Below, one piece after another: positions 1 to 9,302 of a stretch of 28,845 nucleotides of DNA. Source of the stretch: a virus (taxonomy: Duplodnaviria > Caudoviricetes). Numbering within the stretch: the first letter of the stretch is position 1; each line of letters starts with the position of its first letter. The notes beneath the pieces were generated by a model, which was not told where the DNA came from, did not search any database, and saw only the letters and a list, made by a program, of their open reading frames with translations. The stretch spans positions 1 to 28,845 of IMG/VR virus record IMGVR_UViG_3300042321_001378; one strand, 5' to 3'. The translations under genes and the position numbers were made by a program.

Positions 1-236
1 CCCTCAACCATCAGCGGGTGACCCTTCTTGACGTACTGAGCGATCGTTTCAGCCTGCTTCCCGAACGCCTTGCACTCAGCAAAGTAAACATCCTCCTTCT
101 CCTCGCCGGATTCAGTCTTCCAGCGGCGATTCACCGCCAAGCTCAGGTTGCAGACCGCCGTCCCCTTCGGGAGGTGCTTGAGTTCGATGTCTCGGGTGAG
201 GTTGCCGATCAGGATGACTTTGTTGAATGAGGCCAT
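1..236 (-). CDS. ssb: Single-stranded DNA-binding protein (runs off the left edge)
   Basis: Not in the ORF track. Manual translation from ATG at 236 gives MASFNKVILIGNLTRDIELKHLPKGTAVCNLSLAVNRRWKTESGEEKEDVYFAECKAFGKQAETIAQYVKKGHPLMVEG, a classic SSB OB-fold N-terminus. It starts 4 nt after the terminase stop. Confidence 0.95.
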   Translation of the reverse strand, partial: MASFNKVILIGNLTRDIELKHLPKGTAVCNLSLAVNRRWKTESGEEKEDVYFAECKAFGKQAETIAQYVKKGHPLMVE

Positions 237-240
237 AAGG

Positions 241-2013
241 TTATGAATAGGTTAGCGAATGTTCAGACGCCATCGTGCGCCGCTTGTCTGACAGACGTGT
301 CAGCCACTTTGGTGTCTGTCGCTTGACAATACCAACCCCCTGACCGCCTGCAATCTCAAAACCGTTTCGGCGCGCCATTTCGAGTGCGACCACAAACGAA
401 TCCCAAAGGTCAGGCGACCGGCCCATGCGCTCCTTGGTCTTGTTCTTGGGCTCAACGTCGATCAACCCGGTGCGGGCGATACCCCACTCGCGCATCGCGC
501 CTTCCTCGGCCACTTCGCGGGGCAGTTTCCGCAGCTGCTTGGATTCGATCAACAGGCGCGACGAATACCACAACGCGGTGACCATCTTGCCGTAGGCCTC
601 TCGTTCAGTCTTGGGATCTCCCTTTCGCACCGGGCGCTCGCTTGGCCGGCCACCGAACTCGATCGGAACAACCTCGGGGGACCACAACCGAGCAAACGCA
701 GACATGAGCGTGCCGCGCCCCGTGGAGTCAAACCCAACACGCTCCGGTGAGATATTGCGCTGCTTGCAGTACAGTAAGACGTACTCGGCAATCTGCTCCT
801 CGGCCTGCTGCGCCTTGACTGCGGTAACCGGGATAACAATCGGCGCCTCACTGAATGCTAGCACGATGCGCCCCGATGAATCCGGCCCAAACGTAAGGTC
901 TGTCATTACGCAGCGATCGCCGCCGACGCCCGAGTACGCAGCGTCGATGCCGATGATTCTGGTGAGCTTGTCGGCACGTTCCCAGATTGGTTCGTCGAAC
1001 GCCTGGTTCTGCTCGCACAAGGACATCGTGACCACGCGCCTGGTGCCGCCGTCCCGAGGCAGCACGCCAAGGTTCATCATCGAGAACTGCAACGAGTCCC
1101 GGCCGTAGTAGTCGAGATCCGCCTGAATCTGCTCCGGCGTGATGATGCCCTTGTACGGGTTGGTGCCCTTGGGAAACTTCGCATTCGGCGTGTCGTACCC
1201 ACACAGCTGGACGGCCACACCGCCGGGCGCCCGCGTTCTCCAGGTGCGAGTCTTTTCGAGGTACTCAAGCCCCTCCCAGCCACCGATGGTAGGGTGCGGC
1301 TCGCAGACCACGCCTAGCGCGTCGTTGCGGTCTTTCGGGTTACCCATCGCGATCAGCTTGAACACCGGGTTCTTGCGGAGGTTGGCGACTGAATCCAGAA
1401 AGCCGCGCCCCATCAGCGACGCTTCATCCGCGATCAACATGACGCGGTCGTTCTTCAAGCCGACGTAGTTCGACAGGCCCACGAACGTACCTCCGACCTT
1501 GCACGCCACGCCGATGATGCCATCACGGAAGTCTTGTGCCTCGGCATCTTCATCCGAACTGGTCAGGATGAATCGACTTTCAATCACGCGCCCCGGGAGC
1601 CACTCGCGCTTCGCCTTGGCCTTGTTGTGAAGCTCCTTGATCGAGCCCCAGATTCGCAGCTGGAGACCCTCACGCGTCGTTGACGACATGATGATCGAGG
1701 TGCCGGTTGGGTAGATGTAGAACGTGCAGAGTCCGAACGCTGCTGAATTGTATGTCTTGCCAGATGACCCCGGCCCCATGATGCCGACCTCCTGGTTCTC
1801 GACGAATGTCTGGATCAGGAGATCAGACCAGTCGTGCCAGTCGAAGTGCGGCCAGAGCGCAGTCATGGCTTGGCGGAAGTGGTAGGATTTGCCGCGCCCG
1901 TACTTCACGCCTCCGTTTTGGATGTATCCGCCGCGACGCACCATCTCAGCCTCGATCAAGAAACGGTCTTTTGTACGCCACGGTATAGACAAGTAATCGG
2001 GGCTTTCATTCAT
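241..2013 (-). CDS. terL: Terminase large subunit
   Basis: Walker A GPGSSGKT, Walker B MLIADEA, coupling motif MGNP, RNase H-like nuclease acidic motifs IIGIDAA, GFDSTG and SPDLWDS. Start placed at MNESPDY (2013) to avoid overlap with the divergent gene. Confidence 0.9.
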   Translation of the reverse strand: MNESPDYLSIPWRTKDRFLIEAEMVRRGGYIQNGGVKYGRGKSYHFRQAMTALWPHFDWHDWSDLLIQTFVENQEVGIMGPGSSGKTYNSAAFGLCTFYIYPTGTSIIMSSTTREGLQLRIWGSIKELHNKAKAKREWLPGRVIESRFILTSSDEDAEAQDFRDGIIGVACKVGGTFVGLSNYVGLKNDRVMLIADEASLMGRGFLDSVANLRKNPVFKLIAMGNPKDRNDALGVVCEPHPTIGGWEGLEYLEKTRTWRTRAPGGVAVQLCGYDTPNAKFPKGTNPYKGIITPEQIQADLDYYGRDSLQFSMMNLGVLPRDGGTRRVVTMSLCEQNQAFDEPIWERADKLTRIIGIDAAYSGVGGDRCVMTDLTFGPDSSGRIVLAFSEAPIVIPVTAVKAQQAEEQIAEYVLLYCKQRNISPERVGFDSTGRGTLMSAFARLWSPEVVPIEFGGRPSERPVRKGDPKTEREAYGKMVTALWYSSRLLIESKQLRKLPREVAEEGAMREWGIARTGLIDVEPKNKTKERMGRSPDLWDSFVVALEMARRNGFEIAGGQGVGIVKRQTPKWLTRLSDKRRTMASEHSLTYS

Positions 2014-2056
2014 CTTGCGGGAATCATGGGTTGGCCTTTCAATGGCTTCAAGCGTC
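2014..2056. promoter_or_regulatory. Compact divergent promoter region
   Basis: 43-bp gap between divergent ATGs. Minus strand TTGAAG-17nt-CATGAT lies 9 nt before the terL ATG. The plus strand has a weaker TTGCGG-17nt-TTCAAT. Confidence 0.45.
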
Positions 2057-4096
2057 ATGGTCGCCGAAAAAAATCGCATCGTTGATGGCCTCCTCACCGC
2101 TGAAGGCGGGGTGGATAGCGGTTTTTCGCCGTCACTGATTCAACCCAACCAGCTGGCCTGGGCGGTCAACACGACTGTGCGCGGCGGGTTTCCCAAGGCG
2201 CGACCGGGAATCTGGGTGAAGGGCCTGACGTTCGATGACCCGGATGTGGTCTACCAAGGCGGTTACTACAACCGCGCCGTCCGTGATTCTTTCCTGAACG
2301 GATTCTTCCAGGGCTGCGGCACCTACGTTTCCGATTCTGGCGCTCCGTACCTGTTCGCGTCGATCAGCGGCAAGGTCTACCAGATTGACATCCAGAACGG
2401 TTTTAAGGTGACCGACCTGACTCCGATCGGGTTTCAGTTCACCGTTCTGACTCGTGGCCGTGCCAGCAACGTCGCCACCTACGTATGCAGCGCTCCGCAC
2501 GGCCTGTCGCCCGGCATGGTCGTGCGACTTCCAGAGCCCGTTGGTGCGTTTTTCCCGACCGGATTCTTCGGCGACTTCGTTGTGGATTCGGTGCCGTCAC
2601 CGACCACTTTCACGACGTACTCACCCGGCATCGACGCAGGTCCGCTGCTGGGTCCATTGTTCGTTGGCTACCAGATGCTGGCGAACAGCCCGCAGGCGCC
2701 GCACGTCTACTTTCAGCAGGCCGAGAACTGGTTGATCGTGCAGGACACGATCAATGTTCCCTACCTCTACAACGGTGCGACTATTCGCAGGGCCACTGGC
2801 GAGGAAGTCCCGACCGGCGGCCCAATGGCCTACGGCAAGGGGCGTCTCTGGGTCGCGAACGGCTCAGAATACTACGGCGGTGACTTGGTCTACGGCGATC
2901 CAGGCTACGGGCGCGACAGCGTCATTCGATTCACCGAGAACACGTTCCTCAATGAAGGCGGCGCTTTTGCAGTCTCCAACGGCCCGATCACTGGACTGGC
3001 GTTTGCCGCCAACCTGGACACGTCGCTGGGAGACGGCGACCTGCTGGTCTTCACGCCCACCGCGACCTACGCGTTCAACGCCCCGGTCGATCGGGATGTT
3101 TGGAAGGATCTCGATTATCCGATCCAGCGGTTCGCGTTGCTGAACTTTGGGTCGTTCAACCATGAGTCCATCGTGGCGGTGAACGGCGACCTGTTTTTCC
3201 GCGCTCAAGATGGCATCCGGTCGTTGATCTACGCTCGCCGAGATTTTACTGAGTTTGGCAACACGCCGATCAGCCGTCAGGTCGTTAGGGCGCTGGCATA
3301 CGACACTGAGTTCTACCTGACAGCCGCCAGTGCGGTGAACTTCGACAACCGGATGCTGATGACCATCCAGCCGCAGAAGGTCAACGGCCGTGGTGTCGTG
3401 CATCGTGGAATGGTTGTGATGGATTTCGATCTTGTCTCTGGCATGGGACGGAAGCTGCCACCGGCGTGGGAAGGCGTCTGGACTGGGGTTGATATCCTCC
3501 AGATGCTGACGGTGCGAATCCAAAAGCAGGAGCGATGCTTCATGTTTGGATTGAACCAGGACTACATCGGTCTGTACGAGGTCACCAAGAACGGCCAGTT
3601 CGACTTCGATGGGTTCGATGATGCACCGATCGACTGGACCATTGAGACGCGCTCGCTGACTTTCGCAGAGCCTACCAACAAGAAGCGCCTGGTGAGCGCT
3701 GAGCAATGGTACGACCAGGTGATGGGCGACATTGAATCCAAAGTCTACTTCAAGGCCAACGAAGGCGAGTGCTGGCAGCCGTGGGCCGAGTTCAAGGACT
3801 GCGCCAAGTACCGCAACTGCGAGCCCGGTGAGATTTCCTGCCCTCCGGCGGTGATCAACTGCCAGGAGGTCAAATACTACCAGCCGCCTACGCGATCGCG
3901 CATTGCCCTACCGCAACCCCCGGACAAGTGCGACGTGCAGACCGGCGGGTTTACCAGAGATGGTTATGAGTTCCAACTTCGCTACGTCAACACGGGCCGG
4001 TTCCGCCTCAAGCGTGTGGCAATGGTTGCTCAACGCCTTCAGGAGGATATTTACGGCGACCTCAGTCGCGTCGCCTGTCCGCTACTCTCAGCATAA
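2057..4096 (+). CDS. Tail tubular/nozzle (stabilisation-type) protein with one FCCH-like insert
   Basis: About 680 aa, beta-rich, with motifs typical of podovirus nozzle beta-propellers (AYGKGRLWVA, VNGDLFFRAQDGIRSL, W.IETRS.TF, QLRY..TG.F.L). First gene of the virion operon. An alternative start at 2042 is possible. Confidence 0.65.
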   Translation: MVAEKNRIVDGLLTAEGGVDSGFSPSLIQPNQLAWAVNTTVRGGFPKARPGIWVKGLTFDDPDVVYQGGYYNRAVRDSFLNGFFQGCGTYVSDSGAPYLFASISGKVYQIDIQNGFKVTDLTPIGFQFTVLTRGRASNVATYVCSAPHGLSPGMVVRLPEPVGAFFPTGFFGDFVVDSVPSPTTFTTYSPGIDAGPLLGPLFVGYQMLANSPQAPHVYFQQAENWLIVQDTINVPYLYNGATIRRATGEEVPTGGPMAYGKGRLWVANGSEYYGGDLVYGDPGYGRDSVIRFTENTFLNEGGAFAVSNGPITGLAFAANLDTSLGDGDLLVFTPTATYAFNAPVDRDVWKDLDYPIQRFALLNFGSFNHESIVAVNGDLFFRAQDGIRSLIYARRDFTEFGNTPISRQVVRALAYDTEFYLTAASAVNFDNRMLMTIQPQKVNGRGVVHRGMVVMDFDLVSGMGRKLPPAWEGVWTGVDILQMLTVRIQKQERCFMFGLNQDYIGLYEVTKNGQFDFDGFDDAPIDWTIETRSLTFAEPTNKKRLVSAEQWYDQVMGDIESKVYFKANEGECWQPWAEFKDCAKYRNCEPGEISCPPAVINCQEVKYYQPPTRSRIALPQPPDKCDVQTGGFTRDGYEFQLRYVNTGRFRLKRVAMVAQRLQEDIYGDLSRVACPLLSA

Positions 4097-4097
4097 A

Positions 4098-7000
4098 ATG
4101 CCTTCCTCAAACCCAGTCGATTACGGTGCCGATCCTTGCGGGCTGCGAAACAGTGCGTGGGCGATCAACCTCTGCCTGATGTACTCGGGCCGGTGCGACT
4201 TTCCAGAAGGCACGTTCCTGATTGGGTCGGCCCCGGGAGCCAAGATCACCAGCCGCTTTCGTTTTGGCGGCGTTGCGGGGTTTACTACAGCGACCCCACA
4301 CGGTCTCGTCGTTGGAGAACTGATCACTTTGGATGGGTTCACGGATCCCACGTTTAATGGAATCGGTGCGGCCCAACTTGGTTTTCGCGTCGATGCTGTT
4401 GTCAGTCCTACTCAATTTACCGCAACAGTTCCGGGAGGAAACAGCGCCCTTGTTACTGAAGATGGATGGATCAACCTGATCGGAGGCGGTTACACCTCTT
4501 CGATACCGCTGGGTTACGGTGGAAGCATTGTTGATCCGAGAAATGGCCAGACGGTTACATTCACTTTGCGCGACAACATCGCTTTTACCGGCAAGGGCGC
4601 TGGTAAGACGCGGGTGAAGTTTGCCAACCACACATCGACCACCCGTGGTGATTCGTTTGGCTTCAACATCCAGCCATTAAAGTGCCTAGGGAATTACACT
4701 GGCACCGGCGGCCTGGTCTCGAATCCTGCGAATTACCCGTCGATGCCAGTGGGTGCGACGAACTGCAAGAATCTCACCATCGAAGGCATCACGTTCGACG
4801 GCAACTATGTCAACAACGGGCCGAAAGACATCACCATCGTTTCGGTGGAGCGGACTGCTGGTATCAACACGTACACCACGGCGTTTCCCGCTAAGTTTCA
4901 GATCAGCGCGCCGCCTGCCTATTCCCCACCCGTGCTGCCAGCACCGAGCAATCAGAGCACCTACTCGCATTACATCGACGGCGTTGTGACATCCGGGTCG
5001 TCAAATGACGGCACGTTTAATGGCTTCGGTCCGGTGATCAACGTCACGTCGCTGACGTTCCAGCGGGACATGAGGTGCCCGTTAATCGGAGTCACCAGGA
5101 ACGCGTTCAATTTCGCGATCTACACCAAGCATCCGGATTTCAACTTTGGGTACACGGTTGGCGACTCGATCACCGTCACGGGGTTCTCGAATCCTGCATT
5201 CAACGGAAGTTTCGTGGTGGCCGGCTTTCTGTCGGCTCAAGAGGTCTACTGCATCAATGTCGGCGCCGCGACATCGGTAATCGGATACGAGCGCCTCACT
5301 GGAGTTGGATACTACGACACTGCTGGCACCCATGGATTTACGGGCGGCGAAACAGTGATTATCACTGGCCTGGCAGATCCCACCATGAACGGCACGTTCA
5401 TCGTGACCGGAGCGCCGTTTCCTAATCAGTTCACCGCAATCAATGCCGGGCCTGACACGGGCATTTTTGCGGACAACGGCACGTACCAGCTGCGATCCAA
5501 CATTGCCAAGTCTTGGACGGCTCCAGACGTAGCCCTGACTCCTCAAACGAAAGCCGGTGTCAACTCGTTGTTTACCGTCGCAGGGCTGAACCTGGTTGGG
5601 GAAAACACCATCGTTCAAGACTGCGAGTTCTACGACTTTGGAGTCGGCATCGCAGACGCCGAGACGTTCGTCCTGAAATCGTTTTTACCGTCCACCGTCG
5701 TTGACCGGTCACACGGCACGATCGTCCGCCGCAATCGGTTCGGATACCAGGGGCGCAACTCGGTTCAGGCTACGATTCACCCCGGGACATCAGAAGCGAA
5801 CACTCAGTGTGCGATCGGCGGTTATTCATCCATGCTGGTGACGGTTATCGCGGCGTCGCGAGTCAATGCTACCAGTCGAGCCACCTACACGACAACCGAA
5901 CGACACGGATTGCGCGTTGGTGATTCTGTCGTGTTTCTGGGAGTCAGCGATCCGACTTTCAACGGCACCTACACGGTCGCAACGATCATCAGCGATACGA
6001 AGTTCTCGGTCATTCAAGCGGGTGTCGATTATCCTGACACCTACATGGCCGTCGGAAGCGTCCTGCTTCCTCGCCCGCTGCGGATCCTCGCGGCCGACTG
6101 CGTGTTCGAGTACAACCGAATCGAGGGTGGCCCAAACCCGCTCACCCAGCAGTGCCCTGTTCACGGCATTACTCCACGTGACACGTTCGGCGCCGAGGTC
6201 CGCTACAACAACTTCGACGGATTCACAGGCACCTGCTTCTACGTTGATACGTTCCAGCACATCGGAACGCACGTTCACCACAATTCCGCGCTGAACGTCT
6301 CGGCGTTCATGGCGCTCACCGTGCAGGATTGGTACGCGACAGCGGTTCAGTTCGGCTTCACGAATCCGCCGTCATACGCTGCCTGGATCGCGGCTCACAG
6401 GGACCTCCTGATCGAGTACAACGACGTGCTGCTGACCGGTCCCGACAGCTGGTATTACCAGCCGGCGCTCGCGCCTCTCGATGCGGTATTCGTGATCAAC
6501 AACCACGACGTTAACCGCAGCGCCTACTACTACCCGACGGATTACCAGATCCCGATTTCTTCAGCCGTGAGGTCAGGCGGCGTCTCAACGATCACGACGG
6601 TATCGGCGCATGAGATTCAGCCGGGCATGGAGGTTTCCATCGTTGGCGTTGCGGATGGGACATTCAACGGGGTTTTCACGGTCACTTCGTCACCAAGCTC
6701 GACCTCGTTCACTGTCGATAATTTAGGTGTCAACACGACCTCTCCGGCGTCCACCGACGACTTTGTAGGCATCAACAAGCCGGTCAACTTCCCGTGGGAG
6801 ATCCGGATGTCAGCCCGGTCCCGCGCCGGCGGTGTAGCCACCTACACCACGACCAAGGCCCACAATATGCAGCTGGGCTATCACGTGACGCTCGAAGGAT
6901 TCTCGGATCCAACGTTCAACGGTCAGTTCATCGTGACCGGAATGCCGACCACGACGACCTTCCAGGTTGCCAACGCTGGCACCGATGTCGCCACGGTGAC

Positions 7001-7250
7001 CGAGAGCGGCAACTTTTTCCGGTATGTCGAAAACGTACAGATCCGGTGCAACACGGTGCGCCGTCTTTCGGGCAACGAACTGTTCATCAACAACGGTGGC
7101 AAATTCGGCTCCAGTTTTCTGCCAGGGCGACCTAGTCGTTGTGTTGCGCCTCTTCAGCAAACCTTCTATTTGGATTGCCCAGAGGGGTGTCTCGACATTC
7201 AATGCGACCCCGGCCCGTGCAAGCCTAACGATTACCTTTACCGCATCTGA
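4098..7250 (+). CDS. Tailspike/receptor-binding protein: pectin-lyase-like beta-helix with 7 inserted ~60-aa repeats
   Basis: ATG 1 nt after the upstream TAA. Beta-helix motifs FPEGTFLI, NIAFTGKGAGKTRVK, NLTIEGITFDGN, TIVQDCEF, EVRYNNF. Repeats follow T..HG...G..V...G..D.TFNG.F.V....F. Confidence 0.7.
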   Translation: MPSSNPVDYGADPCGLRNSAWAINLCLMYSGRCDFPEGTFLIGSAPGAKITSRFRFGGVAGFTTATPHGLVVGELITLDGFTDPTFNGIGAAQLGFRVDAVVSPTQFTATVPGGNSALVTEDGWINLIGGGYTSSIPLGYGGSIVDPRNGQTVTFTLRDNIAFTGKGAGKTRVKFANHTSTTRGDSFGFNIQPLKCLGNYTGTGGLVSNPANYPSMPVGATNCKNLTIEGITFDGNYVNNGPKDITIVSVERTAGINTYTTAFPAKFQISAPPAYSPPVLPAPSNQSTYSHYIDGVVTSGSSNDGTFNGFGPVINVTSLTFQRDMRCPLIGVTRNAFNFAIYTKHPDFNFGYTVGDSITVTGFSNPAFNGSFVVAGFLSAQEVYCINVGAATSVIGYERLTGVGYYDTAGTHGFTGGETVIITGLADPTMNGTFIVTGAPFPNQFTAINAGPDTGIFADNGTYQLRSNIAKSWTAPDVALTPQTKAGVNSLFTVAGLNLVGENTIVQDCEFYDFGVGIADAETFVLKSFLPSTVVDRSHGTIVRRNRFGYQGRNSVQATIHPGTSEANTQCAIGGYSSMLVTVIAASRVNATSRATYTTTERHGLRVGDSVVFLGVSDPTFNGTYTVATIISDTKFSVIQAGVDYPDTYMAVGSVLLPRPLRILAADCVFEYNRIEGGPNPLTQQCPVHGITPRDTFGAEVRYNNFDGFTGTCFYVDTFQHIGTHVHHNSALNVSAFMALTVQDWYATAVQFGFTNPPSYAAWIAAHRDLLIEYNDVLLTGPDSWYYQPALAPLDAVFVINNHDVNRSAYYYPTDYQIPISSAVRSGGVSTITTVSAHEIQPGMEVSIVGVADGTFNGVFTVTSSPSSTSFTVDNLGVNTTSPASTDDFVGINKPVNFPWEIRMSARSRAGGVATYTTTKAHNMQLGYHVTLEGFSDPTFNGQFIVTGMPTTTTFQVANAGTDVATVTESGNFFRYVENVQIRCNTVRRLSGNELFINNGGKFGSSFLPGRPSRCVAPLQQTFYLDCPEGCLDIQCDPGPCKPNDYLYRI

Positions 7251-7252
7251 CC

Positions 7253-8212
7253 ATGGCAAACGTTGACATCTCAGCCGGGCTTCTTCCGCCTCCGCAGTGC
7301 TACGCCAGCGAGCAGGACCGCCTTGACGCCTATGCTCAGGCGTTGATTGGTCAGATCATCACGTCACCAGAATGGTCGGCCAACACCGTTGCCCCTGCTT
7401 CGCTTGGCTTGTACTGGCTGCGGTTGGACGCCAACCAGAATCCGGTCGAAGTGCTGAAGTACAACAGCACAGCACCGGCAGGGTGGGCTCGCGTTTCGAC
7501 TCAGTTCACGTATGGCGTTGGTGGTGGCGCCGCTAACGCCTACACGCTGACGCTGACCCCGGCCTCTCCTGGCGTGAATCAGGCGTACCGACCCGGCGTG
7601 TGCTACGCGTTCATCGCGAACGCTGCCAACACGGGAGCCACGACGCTGGCGGTCGATGGCTTGGCGGCCAAGGCGATCACGAAGTTCGGAACCACTGCAC
7701 TGGTCGCGAACGACATCGTCGCGAACAAGATGTGCGTCGTGGTCTACGACGGCACCCAATTCCAACTGCTGAATCCGGGTCTCAACGTGAGTGCGGCTGG
7801 GTTCACACCTGGCACCGATCGTCAGTTCCTCCGCACTAACTCGACTCCCGCGACCGTCTGGGAAAGCGGATACATCACGCCGGTGGCCAACTATCAGGCG
7901 TTTCCAGCAGCCGGCGGATCCGTGACGTTCACTCACGGCTTCAGCGTGGATCCTCTCAGCTGGGACATTGGGATCATCTGCACGGATGCCGGTGGCGATG
8001 CGGGTTACGCTCAGAACGACTGCATTTCCGCACGATCACTTTCGTGGACAACCAACTATGGTATCGCCGTGACGTGTTTTTCAAACACGACATCAATCGG
8101 AATGGTGCGCGCTGCTGGCACGGCAAACATCTGGGTGAACAGCAAATCGACCGGAGTTCCAACGGCGATCGACGAATCCAAATGGAAGGTCATGGCCCGA
8201 GCCATCCGCTAA
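7253..8212 (+). CDS. Putative tail fibre/collar-like virion protein
   Basis: 319 aa rich in Ala/Gly/Thr. The motif GGAANAYTLT..F.A..ANTGATTL.VDGL.AK.I..G...L.A.DI....VVYDGT.FQL.N is common in phage tail-fibre proteins. C-terminal FTHGF..P domain. Confidence 0.6.
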   Translation: MANVDISAGLLPPPQCYASEQDRLDAYAQALIGQIITSPEWSANTVAPASLGLYWLRLDANQNPVEVLKYNSTAPAGWARVSTQFTYGVGGGAANAYTLTLTPASPGVNQAYRPGVCYAFIANAANTGATTLAVDGLAAKAITKFGTTALVANDIVANKMCVVVYDGTQFQLLNPGLNVSAAGFTPGTDRQFLRTNSTPATVWESGYITPVANYQAFPAAGGSVTFTHGFSVDPLSWDIGIICTDAGGDAGYAQNDCISARSLSWTTNYGIAVTCFSNTTSIGMVRAAGTANIWVNSKSTGVPTAIDESKWKVMARAIR

Positions 8213-8213
8213 C

Positions 8214-9302
8214 ATGAGAAAGACCCTCGCCCAAGCCAAGAACTCCACGATCCCGCAGGCTGTCGGTCTCGCCACCTGCGACGATCGTTTTCTCCAGCTG
8301 CTGAACGAGGCTCAGGCGCGCCTGGCAGACATGGGCAAGTGGTGGGGCACGTACAAGAAGCTCCGCGTCTGCGTCACCGCCGGCTGCATCACTTGGCCTC
8401 GCGAGGTCAAGACGATCGAGGCGATGAACGTCTGCGGCTACAACATCCCGATCCAGAACCAGTGGTACGAGTTCCAGACTGACGAGCGGGCGCCACGCAC
8501 CGGTTGCGGCCGTGAAGGCTGCGAGCAGGACCAGCTGCTGGATCGCGGTATGGTCACCCAGTTCCGGGATTCAGTGGGTAACTGCTACATCAGGGTGACG
8601 CCGCAGCTGACGGCCGACGCCGGAAAGCGCGTGCTTCTCCAAGGGCTAGACCCCAACGGGCACCCGATCCGCACGCTGGATACGGTGACCGGCGAGTACG
8701 TGTGGGGCGAGTACGTCACCTTGCCGAATCCTGCGGTTCAGGCGTTTGTGACCACCACCAAGCTCTTCAAGCAGCCTGGTTTGACCGGCGCCCAGAAGCC
8801 GCTGACTCAAGGAAGCCTGACGATTCAATCCGAGAACCAGCTTTCCGGCCTACTGACTCAGATCGCCGTCTGGGGTCCGAGTGAGCAGAATCCGGAGTAT
8901 CGCCGCACCTACCTGATCGGAATGCCTGAGGTCTGCGGTGGCACCTCCGGGTGCAACGCCGAAGCACAGAACGACTGCATCGACCATGGCGACGGCTGTG
9001 TGCCTCCAGATGAGAACTGCACCAACACGGTGGTCGAAGCCATCGTGCGCCTAGACTTCATTCCCGCAGTCGTGGATTCGGATTGGCTGTTCATCGGTAA
9101 TCTCCAGGCGATCAAGCACATGATGAAGGCCATCCAGAAGGAGGACCGGAATCAGTACACCGAGGCCGAGCGCGAGATCCAGCTTGCCCTGCGGAGCTTG
9201 CGGAATGAACTCGAAGCCTACAGCCCGAACGAGCGCACGGTGGTCAACGTGCAACCTTTCGGGTCTGCGAAGATTCAATATCGGTTTGGAGGGTTCATCT
9301 GA
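8214..9302 (+). CDS. Putative head-tail adaptor / tail tubular protein A-like
   Basis: N-terminal helix LLNEAQARL followed by ITWPREVKTI and a helical C-terminus, which is the usual adaptor layout. Cys-rich inserts. Positioned before the ejection genes. Confidence 0.5.
   Translation: MRKTLAQAKNSTIPQAVGLATCDDRFLQLLNEAQARLADMGKWWGTYKKLRVCVTAGCITWPREVKTIEAMNVCGYNIPIQNQWYEFQTDERAPRTGCGREGCEQDQLLDRGMVTQFRDSVGNCYIRVTPQLTADAGKRVLLQGLDPNGHPIRTLDTVTGEYVWGEYVTLPNPAVQAFVTTTKLFKQPGLTGAQKPLTQGSLTIQSENQLSGLLTQIAVWGPSEQNPEYRRTYLIGMPEVCGGTSGCNAEAQNDCIDHGDGCVPPDENCTNTVVEAIVRLDFIPAVVDSDWLFIGNLQAIKHMMKAIQKEDRNQYTEAEREIQLALRSLRNELEAYSPNERTVVNVQPFGSAKIQYRFGGFI

Noticed and set aside
18-230. 70-aa plus-strand ORF
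   Set aside because: Antisense shadow of the clear ssb gene.
2014-2097. Longest-ORF starts for terL (2097) and the nozzle gene (2015)
   Set aside because: They would overlap head-to-head. Starts at 2013 and 2057 leave a promoter-like gap.
3903-4097. Upstream extension of the tailspike ORF
   Set aside because: Overlaps the nozzle gene by about 190 nt. ATG 4098 directly follows its stop.
4300-7000. Tailspike repeats as a diversity-generating retroelement TR/VR pair or a CRISPR-like array
   Set aside because: Similarity is at protein level with diverged DNA. There is no adenine-specific mismatch pattern and no reverse transcriptase or cas gene in the window.
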